Assembly (NCBI GenBank): GCA_049679965.1
Contig: JBAUGX010000176.1
Location: forward strand, 1,592 to 65,591
Direction of reading: 5' to 3'
From: Vicinamibacterales bacterium
GTDB lineage: Bacteria > Acidobacteriota > Vicinamibacteria > Vicinamibacterales > CAVVIG01
Length of the DNA stretch: 64,000 nucleotides
Below, piece by piece: positions 45,757-56,145 of the stretch; the first letter of the stretch is position 1, and the number at the start of each line of letters is the position of its first letter. The notes beneath the pieces were generated by a model. The model worked only from the letters and a program-made list of their open reading frames with translations. It ran no database searches and was not told the DNA's origin. The position numbers and the translations under genes were made by a program.

Positions 45757-45761
45757 ACAGA

Positions 45762-47081
45762 ATGAAACAGCGCCGCGTCATCGTCGTCTCGGCCGTCGTC
45801 ATCGTGGCGACCCTGGCCGTGGCAGCCGTCGTGGTGGCACGATCGTCGGTGTCCAGGCTCGCGGCCGACACCAGCCAGCCCACCGTGCCGACCATCAGGG
45901 TGGAGCGCGGATCGCTCGAGCTGACCGTCTACATGGACGGCGAGCTCCGCGCCTCGCGACAGCAGACCATCATGGCGCCGACCGTCGGCGGTGCCCTTCG
46001 CTTTCTGACCCTTCTCGACACCGGTGTCGAGGTCAAGGCCGGCGATGTCATTGCGGAGTTCGACCCGGCCGATCAGCAGTTCGCCCTCGAGCAAGCGGAA
46101 TCCGAGCTGCTCGAGGCGGATCAGGAGATCGTCAAGAGAAAGGCCGACACCGACGTCCAGGTGGCGGGCGACAAGGTCAAGCGCCTCACGGATCAGTTCA
46201 ACGTCCGGCGGGCCGAGCTCGACGCCCAGGTCACGCCGGATCTCGTCTCCGGCAACGACTTCAAGATCCGGCAGGCATCGCTCGACGAGGCGCGTCGCAC
46301 ACTGGCGCAGACCGAGCGCGACGTCGCGAGCCGGGTGGCGCTCAATTCCGCTGGCCTTTCGGTGCTCCAGCAAAAACGGGCGAGGTCCAATCTCTCCGCC
46401 GAGCGGGCGCGCCAGAACATCGAAAGCCTGGTCATCAAGGCGCCGATGGACGGCGTCGTCTCGGTGCGCGAGAATCAGGACGCCGCGGGAGGCTTCTTCT
46501 TCTTTGGCATGACGCTGCCGGCCTACCGCGTCGGCGACACCACCACACCGGGCCGCGCCATCGTCGACATCTTCGACCTCTCGGCGCTCGAGATCCGGGG
46601 GAGCGTCAACGAGCAGGACCGCGCCAATATCTCCGCGGGGCAGAAGGTCACGGTCAAGTCGAACGTCGCGCCCTCCAAACCCCTGACGGCGACCGTCAAG
46701 AGCGTCTCCGGTCTGGGCCGCGCCGACAGATCGGCGGGCCCGCTGCGCGTGTTCGACGTGATTCTCGTGCTCGATGCGGCAGAGAAAGATCTCCGGCCGG
46801 GCACGTCCGTGTCGCTCGTCGCGCAGGGCAACAAGATTGACAATGTGCTGGTGCTGCCCCGGCAGGCCGTCTTCGAGGTGGATGGCAAGCCCGTCGTCTA
46901 CGAGCGCACGGCGGAGGGGTTTGCCGCACGTGCGATCAAGGTCGTGCAGCGCACCGAAAGCCGCGTCGCGGTTGACGGCGTGCCACAAGGCACGGAGGTC
47001 GCGCTGGTCAACCCTGCCGCTGCAGCGTCCGGCACGCCCAAGCCCGCGGCGCCCGCCTCGGGACCGAGGCTCGCGCCATGA
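45762..47081 (+). CDS. HlyD/MacA-type periplasmic adaptor 3
   Basis: ATG 45762 gives MKQRRVIVVSAVVIVATLAV (a TM anchor), followed by a coiled-coil adaptor architecture. The stop overlaps the permease start (ATGA at 47078-47081). Confidence 0.8.
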   Translation: MKQRRVIVVSAVVIVATLAVAAVVVARSSVSRLAADTSQPTVPTIRVERGSLELTVYMDGELRASRQQTIMAPTVGGALRFLTLLDTGVEVKAGDVIAEFDPADQQFALEQAESELLEADQEIVKRKADTDVQVAGDKVKRLTDQFNVRRAELDAQVTPDLVSGNDFKIRQASLDEARRTLAQTERDVASRVALNSAGLSVLQQKRARSNLSAERARQNIESLVIKAPMDGVVSVRENQDAAGGFFFFGMTLPAYRVGDTTTPGRAIVDIFDLSALEIRGSVNEQDRANISAGQKVTVKSNVAPSKPLTATVKSVSGLGRADRSAGPLRVFDVILVLDAAEKDLRPGTSVSLVAQGNKIDNVLVLPRQAVFEVDGKPVVYERTAEGFAARAIKVVQRTESRVAVDGVPQGTEVALVNPAAAASGTPKPAAPASGPRLAP

Positions 47082-48370
47082 GTGAGCCCGATCCGCGTCG
47101 CCCCTCGGCTCGCCGCCACGGCCTCGACTTTCTTCCAGAGCTCAAGCAGGGCTTCGACAACCTCCGCGCGCACAAGCTCCGATCGATCCTGACGATGTTC
47201 GGGATGATCTTTGGCGTGGCCGCCGTGATTGCGATGCTCTCGATTGGCGCGGGCGCGCAGCAGCAGGTCGTGGCCTTCATCGAGCAACTGGGCGTCCGAA
47301 ACATCATCGTCGAGGCGCGCGAAGCCGGCGACAACCAGACCTGGCAGCGTGTGCGCGCGCTGTCGGCGGGACTCTCCTTCCGGGACGTGCGAGCCATCGA
47401 GGCCAGCCTTCACGGCGTCAACGCGATGTCGGCGAGGAAGCGCATCCTGCCCCGGAAAGTGCTTCCCAAACCTCAGACGGACATCCCGACCGTGTTCGGC
47501 GTCAACGCCATCTATCTCAAGGATATTGCCGGCCTCCGTCTCTCGCGGGGCCGCTTCTACTCGGCGGCCGAAGACGAGGCCGGGGCGGCCGTCGCCGTGC
47601 TGGGTCAATCCGCGGCGACCGGTCTCTTCGGCGCCGACGAAGCGGTCGGACGTTTCGTGAAGCTCAATGAAGAGTGGTTCCAGGTCGTCGGCGTCGTGGC
47701 GCCGCGGCTCGCCGTGCAGACTGATGTCGGCGGGCTGCCGGCCCAGGACAGCAACAACATCGTCTACGTGCCGATCAGGGCCGCAATCCTGCGCATCGAG
47801 GACGCGCAGTCGGGGCTCAAGGACGAAATCGACGCCATCTACCTCAATCTCGCCGCGGAGGATCAGATCACGACGGCGGGCGTGCTCGTGCGGGGACTGC
47901 TGAAGACGACGCACCGGGAGGCGGACGACTTTACGGTGATCGTGCCGGCGGAGCTTCTCGCGCAGCAGCAGCAGACGAGGCGTCTGTTCCTCTACGTGAT
48001 GGTCGCCATTGCGTCGATCTCGCTCCTGGTCGGCGGCATCGGCATCATGAACATCATGCTGGCGAGCGTGATGGAGCGGACGCGCGAGATTGGCGTGCGC
48101 CGGGCGATCGGCGCCACGCGGAGGGACATCATCCGGCAGTTCCTCGTCGAGACCACGCTCATCACCGTGAGTGGCGGCGTGGCGGGCGTCGTCGTCGGGA
48201 TCGCGTTGTCGCGGCTGGTCGCGTATCTGGCCGGCTGGTCCACCGTCGTCACTGTCACCTCGGTCGTTGTCGCCTGCGCCGTGTCGGTCACGGTCGGCAT
48301 CGTCTTTGGGCTCTACCCCGCCGCCAGAGCCGCTCGCCTTGATCCGGTGTACGCGCTGCATTATGAATAG
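47078..48370 (+). CDS. MacB/FtsX-type ABC transporter permease (no ATPase domain)
   Basis: 430 aa. It has the N-terminal LRAHKLRSILTMFGMIFGVAAVIAM TM1, a periplasmic MacB-type domain and a C-terminal FtsX block (REIGVRRAIGATRRDI). Confidence 0.88.
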   Translation: MSEPDPRRPSARRHGLDFLPELKQGFDNLRAHKLRSILTMFGMIFGVAAVIAMLSIGAGAQQQVVAFIEQLGVRNIIVEAREAGDNQTWQRVRALSAGLSFRDVRAIEASLHGVNAMSARKRILPRKVLPKPQTDIPTVFGVNAIYLKDIAGLRLSRGRFYSAAEDEAGAAVAVLGQSAATGLFGADEAVGRFVKLNEEWFQVVGVVAPRLAVQTDVGGLPAQDSNNIVYVPIRAAILRIEDAQSGLKDEIDAIYLNLAAEDQITTAGVLVRGLLKTTHREADDFTVIVPAELLAQQQQTRRLFLYVMVAIASISLLVGGIGIMNIMLASVMERTREIGVRRAIGATRRDIIRQFLVETTLITVSGGVAGVVVGIALSRLVAYLAGWSTVVTVTSVVVACAVSVTVGIVFGLYPAARAARLDPVYALHYE

Positions 48371-48373
48371 AGA

Positions 48374-48402
48374 TTGACAAACATTCATCTGGGATCTATG
48401 GT
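48374..48402 (+). promoter_or_regulatory. Sigma70-like promoter candidate TTGACA-17 nt-TATGGT
   Basis: A consensus -35 element lies at 48374-48379. A 17-nt spacer separates it from the -10 element TATGGT at 48397-48402. It sits in a locally AT-rich stretch just after the permease stop. Confidence 0.6.
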
Positions 48403-48409
48403 CCGACTG

Positions 48410-48785
48410 ATCCATCAAACGTTGCCAGGCGTGGGGGCGGATGGATCGCACCCGATCGGAAGGCCCCCGGGAAGGAGGTCGCAGCATGATTCAAGGTGCT
48501 GATGGTGCTCCACCGAACCACCACCGCCCGCAGTCTGTGAGCCGCCGTTTTGCCGGACCTACTGGGTATCGCGCGCTCAGGAGACATCGCCCCTAGACCT
48601 CGGTTACCTCAAGGCAAGCGGTCGCTTCGGCGACGAACACAGAAGGTCATAGCTGGCATGGGACTCCGGTAGGACCGGCGTCAACTCACGGACCTGCGGG
48701 TCCGCAGGAACAAGCACGATTTGGTCTACGCGCGTAAAGCGCGCCAAGAGGCATCTTTCCCGGGAAAGATGCCTCTTGGTTTTCA
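48410..48785 (+). ncRNA. Candidate structured RNA of ~375 nt (sRNA or long regulatory leader), family unassigned
   Basis: It is bounded by the promoter candidate and a strong intrinsic terminator and has lower GC than its surroundings. Nested and local hairpins are at 48433-48468, 48495-48522, 48621-48634, 48666-48678 and 48693-48708. No ORF of 60 or more codons with genome-like codon bias is present. Confidence 0.5.
48744..48784 (+). terminator. Rho-independent terminator
   Basis: A perfect 36-nt palindrome CCAAGAGGCATCTTTCCCGGGAAAGATGCCTCTTGG (48744-48779) is followed by TTTTC. Confidence 0.8.
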
Positions 48786-48853
48786 CGTTCACCGAACCGT
48801 GGTCATCGCAGGCAACGCCGACAGCGGGTTGAGGATGGTCCGTGGAGGTGGCT

Positions 48854-50872
48854 ATGCCAGATTCACAGCGGGCGAAAGACTTTCTCCGAATCCCTGACAG
48901 TCTCCGTGAGAAGAGGCCACTGCGGGCGCGCCTTGGAGCGGGCCAGGGGAAGGCGAAGCGGGGTTTGGACGAACTCTTCGATCACGCGCCGATCGGCATG
49001 GCTCTGATCGCCCTGGATCGGCGAAGGTTGCACGTCAACGACGCCCTCTGCCGCCTGACCGGCTATCGTCGGAACCAATTGGTCGGCACGACCGTTCGGG
49101 CGATCACTCACCCTGATGACGTCGACCTTGACGTCGAGGACCGGCAGCGGTTGCTGGCCGGTGAAATCTCCGCCTACCAGATCGAAAAGCGATACGTGCA
49201 CGCCTGGGGGCACTACATCTGGGTCCTCGTGACGGTGTCGCTCGTCCGTGACGACCAGGGCCGGCCGCTCTATTTCATTTCGCAAGTTCAGGACATCTCC
49301 GAGCGCAAGGCCCAGGAGAGACGCCTGGCCGATCTGGTCGACCACGATTTTCTCACTCGCCTCTTCAATCGACGACGCTTCGAACAGGAACTGGACAAAG
49401 AGGCTCGCCGGGCGGCGCGGTACAGATCGACCGGCGCGTTGCTCTTGATCGATCTCGACCACTTCAAGGAGGTCAACGATCAGTTCGGCCATCAGACAGG
49501 CGATGACTTGCTCAAGTCCGTCGCAGGCGCATTAAGGCATGCCGTTCGCCAGACGGACACACTCGCCCGATTCGGCGGGGACGAGTTCGCGGTGATCCTC
49601 CCGCACACCAACGCCGACCAGGCTCAGCGCATTGCCGAGAACATCGTGCATGCGTTGAGGCGGCAGGTTGCGGTGCTCGGCGACCGCGTCGTCCATGCGA
49701 CTGCGAGCGTCGGGGTCGCAACGATCGACGACTCCACCGCCGCCGAGGTACTGGCGTGCGCCGACCTGGCGATGTACGAGGCCAAGGCGGCTGGGGGAGA
49801 TCGCCTCGCTATGTACTTCGCCAGGACGAATCTCCGCGAGCGGGCGCCGGCACAAACCGACGACTTGGAGTGGATCCGACGGGCCATCCACGACGAACGC
49901 CTGCTGCTCTACTGTCAGCCTATCATCGACCTCGTGAACAATGAGGCCAGTCGATACGAGCTCTTGGTGCGGATGGAAGGGGCCCGGGGTGCTGCGCCGC
50001 TTCTGCCGAGCGCCTTCCTCGGCGTCGCGGAGCGCTTCGGCCTGGTTCAGTCGATCGATTCCTGGGTCATCCGCAAGGCGATTGCTCTGCTCGCCGAACA
50101 CTCGCGACGCGAACCTCCACTCACGCTCCACGTCAACATCTCCGCCAAATCGATGAGCGATCCCAACTTCGCAGAGATCACCGAGTCGGCACTGGTGGGA
50201 GCTGCGATCGAGCCTGCACGCCTGATCTTTGAACTCACCGAAACGGCGGCGATCGCCAATATCAAGGACGCCACGATCCTGGCCGACCGACTGCGAAGAG
50301 CCGGCTGCCGGTTTGCGCTCGACGACTTCGGCGCGGGCTTCGGCTCGCTCTCCTATCTGAAGTATGTTCCCTTCGACTTCCTCAAGATTGACGGCGATTT
50401 CATCCGCAATCTCGGCGTGGATTCCACCGACCAGCTCGTCGTGAGGGCGATCGTCGGAATCGCAAGGGAAATGGGGAAACGGACCATCGCCGAATCCGTC
50501 GAGAACACGGATGTGACTCGCCTGCTTCGCGACAGCGGCGTGGACTTCGGGCAAGGGTTTCACTTCGGTCGGCCCCAGCCGGTGGGCGACGTGTTCAGTG
50601 CGAGGTGCCATGTGAGCGCTAACTTCCCGGACGTTTCCGCCCTTCAAGACCCGCAACGGCAACTTGAACAGGCGTTGATCGACGAGTTCCTCCGTCGGCA
50701 AGGCTACGAACCTGGGGAGGTGGACCGGTTGCCCGATCCGCAGCGAACAGGCCTGATGACGCAGGCGTCAGCCTACGCGTCAGGAAAACTGGCCGAAGTC
50801 GACGCTCGCGCACACCTGGTTCACGAACTCCACGGCGGTATCGAAGCTGCTCATAAGCACGGGCCCCGGTAA
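48854..50872 (+). CDS. PAS-GGDEF-EAL c-di-GMP turnover protein
   Basis: ATG 48854 is preceded by GGAGG. It has a PAS block, an intact RFGGDEFAVIL, and an EAL domain (YELLVRM, DDFGAGFGSLSYL), plus an extra C-terminal tail of about 100 aa. Confidence 0.9.
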   Translation: MPDSQRAKDFLRIPDSLREKRPLRARLGAGQGKAKRGLDELFDHAPIGMALIALDRRRLHVNDALCRLTGYRRNQLVGTTVRAITHPDDVDLDVEDRQRLLAGEISAYQIEKRYVHAWGHYIWVLVTVSLVRDDQGRPLYFISQVQDISERKAQERRLADLVDHDFLTRLFNRRRFEQELDKEARRAARYRSTGALLLIDLDHFKEVNDQFGHQTGDDLLKSVAGALRHAVRQTDTLARFGGDEFAVILPHTNADQAQRIAENIVHALRRQVAVLGDRVVHATASVGVATIDDSTAAEVLACADLAMYEAKAAGGDRLAMYFARTNLRERAPAQTDDLEWIRRAIHDERLLLYCQPIIDLVNNEASRYELLVRMEGARGAAPLLPSAFLGVAERFGLVQSIDSWVIRKAIALLAEHSRREPPLTLHVNISAKSMSDPNFAEITESALVGAAIEPARLIFELTETAAIANIKDATILADRLRRAGCRFALDDFGAGFGSLSYLKYVPFDFLKIDGDFIRNLGVDSTDQLVVRAIVGIAREMGKRTIAESVENTDVTRLLRDSGVDFGQGFHFGRPQPVGDVFSARCHVSANFPDVSALQDPQRQLEQALIDEFLRRQGYEPGEVDRLPDPQRTGLMTQASAYASGKLAEVDARAHLVHELHGGIEAAHKHGPR

Positions 50873-50899
50873 ACGCCACCAGCAGGCCCGGATGCCGCC

Positions 50900-51799
50900 A
50901 TGATCAAGCTCGACCGGATCCTCTGCCCTGTCGACCTGTCCGAGTTCTCGCGCCATGCGCTCGATCACGCCTTCGCGCTCGCCAAGTGGTATGACGCGCA
51001 CGTCACCGTCTTGCATGTCTTCAGCGCCGCGGAGCCGCCCCTGCCGCTCATCGGCATGCCTGCCGGTCTCCCGGTCCTTCCGGCCGTTCACCCGGATGAA
51101 GTAGCCGAAGACGTGCGTCGCTTCTGCGGCCCGCTCCCCACCGTAAGCCGCGGTTGCCCGGCGCAGATCGTGGTCGCGGAGGGGGACCCAGCCAAACACA
51201 TTGTGCTTCAGGCCGAGCGGACGGACCTCGTCGTGATGGGCACGCACGGGCGCAGCGGCTTCGAGCGCCTGTTTCTGGGATCAGTCACCGACCGAGTGCT
51301 TCGGACCACGCACGTGCCAGTGCTGACTGTTCCACAGCCAGTCGAACGACCGGAATCGGTGAATTACAGAACGATTCTGTGTCCAGTCGATTTCTCCGAC
51401 GCGTCGACTCGAGCCCTCACCTATGCCTTGTCGCTGGCTGAAGAGACCGACGCGCGCCTGATCTTGCTGCACGTGGTCGAAGGCGTTCCTGAACCGCCGC
51501 ACTTCGGCGAGATGGGTCACCTGAATGTTCGCGAGTACTATCGATATCTCAACGAAGACGCGATGGCACGCCTGAAGGCCGCCGTGCCCGACGAGGCGCG
51601 CGTCTGGTGCAGGCCGGACGAACGCGTCGTCACTGGAAAGGCGTACCGGACCATCTTGGAGGTCGCCGCGAAGGATGACGCGGAGGTCATCGTCATGGGC
51701 GTGCACGGCACGAGCGTCCTGCACCGGCGGCTCTTTGGCTCAACGACGCATCACGTCATTCGCGAGGCTGCCTGCCCCGTACTCACGCTGCGCGCCTGA
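50900..51799 (+). CDS. Tandem universal stress protein (2x UspA domain)
   Basis: Two Usp units carry VMGTHGRSG and VMGVHGTS ATP-binding-type motifs. Confidence 0.88.
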   Translation: MIKLDRILCPVDLSEFSRHALDHAFALAKWYDAHVTVLHVFSAAEPPLPLIGMPAGLPVLPAVHPDEVAEDVRRFCGPLPTVSRGCPAQIVVAEGDPAKHIVLQAERTDLVVMGTHGRSGFERLFLGSVTDRVLRTTHVPVLTVPQPVERPESVNYRTILCPVDFSDASTRALTYALSLAEETDARLILLHVVEGVPEPPHFGEMGHLNVREYYRYLNEDAMARLKAAVPDEARVWCRPDERVVTGKAYRTILEVAAKDDAEVIVMGVHGTSVLHRRLFGSTTHHVIREAACPVLTLRA

Positions 51800-51822
51800 C
51801 GGAAGCCGCCCGCAACGGGCGG

Positions 51823-52548
51823 TCAGTGCGACAAGATGGCCCGCACGCGGTCGTGTGCCATGCGGATCTCGGCACACTGTCGTTCGACGACGTCACGGGC
51901 CGTGAGCGGCAGCATCTCCTCCAGCGCGTGCTCGTAGGTGGTCAAGGCGAGATCCTCGCTGTGTGCGGCTTCGGAGATCATCGCCTTGTCGGCCGACGGG
52001 CTCAGCGAGGCCTTCAGGACCATCCAGCTTCGCCGCAGCGCCCCGCGGGTCGTGCCATCCGCGGCGTCGGGGATCACACCCCCCTTGGGCGCTCCCACAG
52101 CGCTCAGCTCCAGGCACACCACGTTGAGACGGTAGTAGAGGGTCTCGAGGAACGTCCCGCGCAAGACGAACGGCAGCAAAGACTTCGGCGTCGTGGTGAC
52201 GAGCTGCACCCCTGGCTGCTGGCCAGACAGCCACTGTAGCAATCGCACCTGGTCCACATGGGCCAAGCCGGTCGCGTCCTGAACAATGAGCGTCGCGGGC
52301 AATGAGACAGGCAGCGTCAGGGACGCTCCAGTTGTCGCCCACACGGGCTCCTGGAGCGCAGGAAACAGCGCCCGCAGGAGTTTCCTGGTGACGGCCCTGT
52401 CGCCGACGAGCAGCAGATTCGGGCGCGCTGTGACCAGGATGCGCCATTCCTCGGAGGACACACCTCGGACTGGAGGTGTTGGGGAGGCGACTCGTTCCGT
52501 CGCTTCCGCAGCCGTCTGAAAACGCCGACGGATCGCGGACCACATCAT
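51823..52548 (-). CDS. Degenerate sigma54-interaction (AAA+) domain fused to a DUF2383/PA2169-like four-helix domain
   Basis: ATG 52548. The pattern NLLLVGDRAVTRKLLRAL ... TLIVQDATGL ... LYYRLNVVCLEL follows the bEBP AAA+ layout, but Walker A is lost (GDRAVTR). The C-terminal helical region resembles DUF2383. Confidence 0.7.
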   Translation of the reverse strand: MMWSAIRRRFQTAAEATERVASPTPPVRGVSSEEWRILVTARPNLLLVGDRAVTRKLLRALFPALQEPVWATTGASLTLPVSLPATLIVQDATGLAHVDQVRLLQWLSGQQPGVQLVTTTPKSLLPFVLRGTFLETLYYRLNVVCLELSAVGAPKGGVIPDAADGTTRGALRRSWMVLKASLSPSADKAMISEAAHSEDLALTTYEHALEEMLPLTARDVVERQCAEIRMAHDRVRAILSH

Positions 52549-52636
52549 GGAAGCCCCTGATCGAACGGCTATTACATGACGTAAGGGACAAGAGTTGTCA
52601 AGTCGAAAATCAGTCGAATGGGCGCCGACGCGCACA

Positions 52637-55096
<2,460 letters not shown>

Positions 55097-55117
55097 TCAA
55101 AGCGTCGCCTCATCCTG

Positions 55118-55531
55118 TTAGGCGCCAAGCGCGGTCTTCACCGTCGCCAGCAGCTGCTGCAACTGGCCCGCCTGCGGCATCGCACCAGTGGGCGTGAGCC
55201 GGTCGATGACGGTCGGGAGAAGCCCGGCGAGGGCACTGGCCGCCGCGCCTTCGGTCAGGCCGGAGGCCTTCGCGAGCTGCTGAATGTGCCCCGCACCGAG
55301 CCCCTGCTGGAGCTGGTCCGCTGAGATTGGCAGATTCTTCCCGGTGCTCACCCAGGACGCCACCGCGTCGCCGAGCCCGGCCTTCTGGAAACCCTGGACG
55401 ATGCCCGCCAGACCGCCGCCGGACGCACCGGTTCCGAGCATCTGGAGTACACCCGTCAACAGCGCCGCATTCCCTGACACACCACCGCTCGCCGCTCCGG
55501 CAAGCTTCGTCACATCGTCGAGTAAACCCAT
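55118..55531 (-). CDS. YidB/DUF937 family protein
   Basis: ATG 55531 is preceded by AGGAGAG. It is Gly/Ala-rich and carries the WVSTGKNLPISADQL block. Confidence 0.8.
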   Translation of the reverse strand: MGLLDDVTKLAGAASGGVSGNAALLTGVLQMLGTGASGGGLAGIVQGFQKAGLGDAVASWVSTGKNLPISADQLQQGLGAGHIQQLAKASGLTEGAAASALAGLLPTVIDRLTPTGAMPQAGQLQQLLATVKTALGA

Positions 55532-55591
55532 TAACGCTCTCCTATTCGTAGCGCCATTGCGGCGCGGACCACCGTGAATGTACACCGGGCT

Positions 55592-56020
55592 CTATCGTCG
55601 CGCGAGAAGATCTCGAATCTCGGTCAGCAGGGTCACTTCCTTCGACGGTGCGAGCGGCGCAGCCGGCGCTTCCACCTGCTTCTTCTTCGTTGCGTTCATC
55701 CCCTTGATGACCATGAACAGGGCGGCCGCCACGATGAGGAAGTTCACGATGGTATTGAGCAGTACGCCATACGCCAGCGTCACGGCTCCCGCCGTCTTGG
55801 CTGCCGCGAGCGAGGCGTAGGGTCCAGCCGTGGCGCCCTCCTTGAGCAGCAGGAACTTGTTCGAGAAGTCGACGCCGCCGAGGAACAGACCGATGACCGG
55901 CATGAGGACGTCGCCCACGAAGCTGGCCACGATGCCACCGAATGCCGCACCGATGATGATGCCCACCGCCATGTCTACGACATTGCCGCGCATGGCGAAA
56001 TCTTTGAACTCTTTCAACAT
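55592..56020 (-). CDS. mscL: Large-conductance mechanosensitive channel
   Basis: It begins [28 protein letters not shown], a canonical MscL N-terminus, and is 142 aa long. Confidence 0.93.
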   Translation of the reverse strand: MLKEFKDFAMRGNVVDMAVGIIIGAAFGGIVASFVGDVLMPVIGLFLGGVDFSNKFLLLKEGATAGPYASLAAAKTAGAVTLAYGVLLNTIVNFLIVAAALFMVIKGMNATKKKQVEAPAAPLAPSKEVTLLTEIRDLLARR

Positions 56021-56145
56021 GTCTCTCTCCTTAAGTGTCTCTGTGCCAATCGGTCAGAACGTGGCCGTGACGGCCGGTGAATTATAGTTCGTGGGTGTCG
56101 CTCGCAGGCGCGACACTTAAGGCAAGTAGGAAGAGATGCGCGCGA

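Noticed and set aside
48611-48690. A c-di-GMP-I (GEMM-I) riboswitch upstream of the GGDEF-EAL gene. The 11-nt string ACTCCGGTAGG is identical to part of the Vibrio Vc2 aptamer as I recall it, and a GGCAAG-hairpin is nearby.
   Set aside because: The invariant ACGCAAAGC junction is missing. The hairpin has a UUCG loop, not a GNRA loop. CCGGTAGGACCGG folds on itself rather than pairing with an upstream CCTCCGG strand. The match is most likely coincidental, but a cmscan run is worthwhile.
48410-48785. tmRNA, RNase P RNA, SRP RNA or 6S RNA as the identity of the structured RNA.
   Set aside because: None of the defining features is present. There is no tRNA-like 3' end (GGTTCGAATCC...CCA) or tag ORF ending in ALAA. 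There is no GGAAAGTCCGGGC / ACAGAACCCGGCTTA P4 element. There is no GGAAGCAGCC SRP domain IV. The length does not fit 6S RNA.
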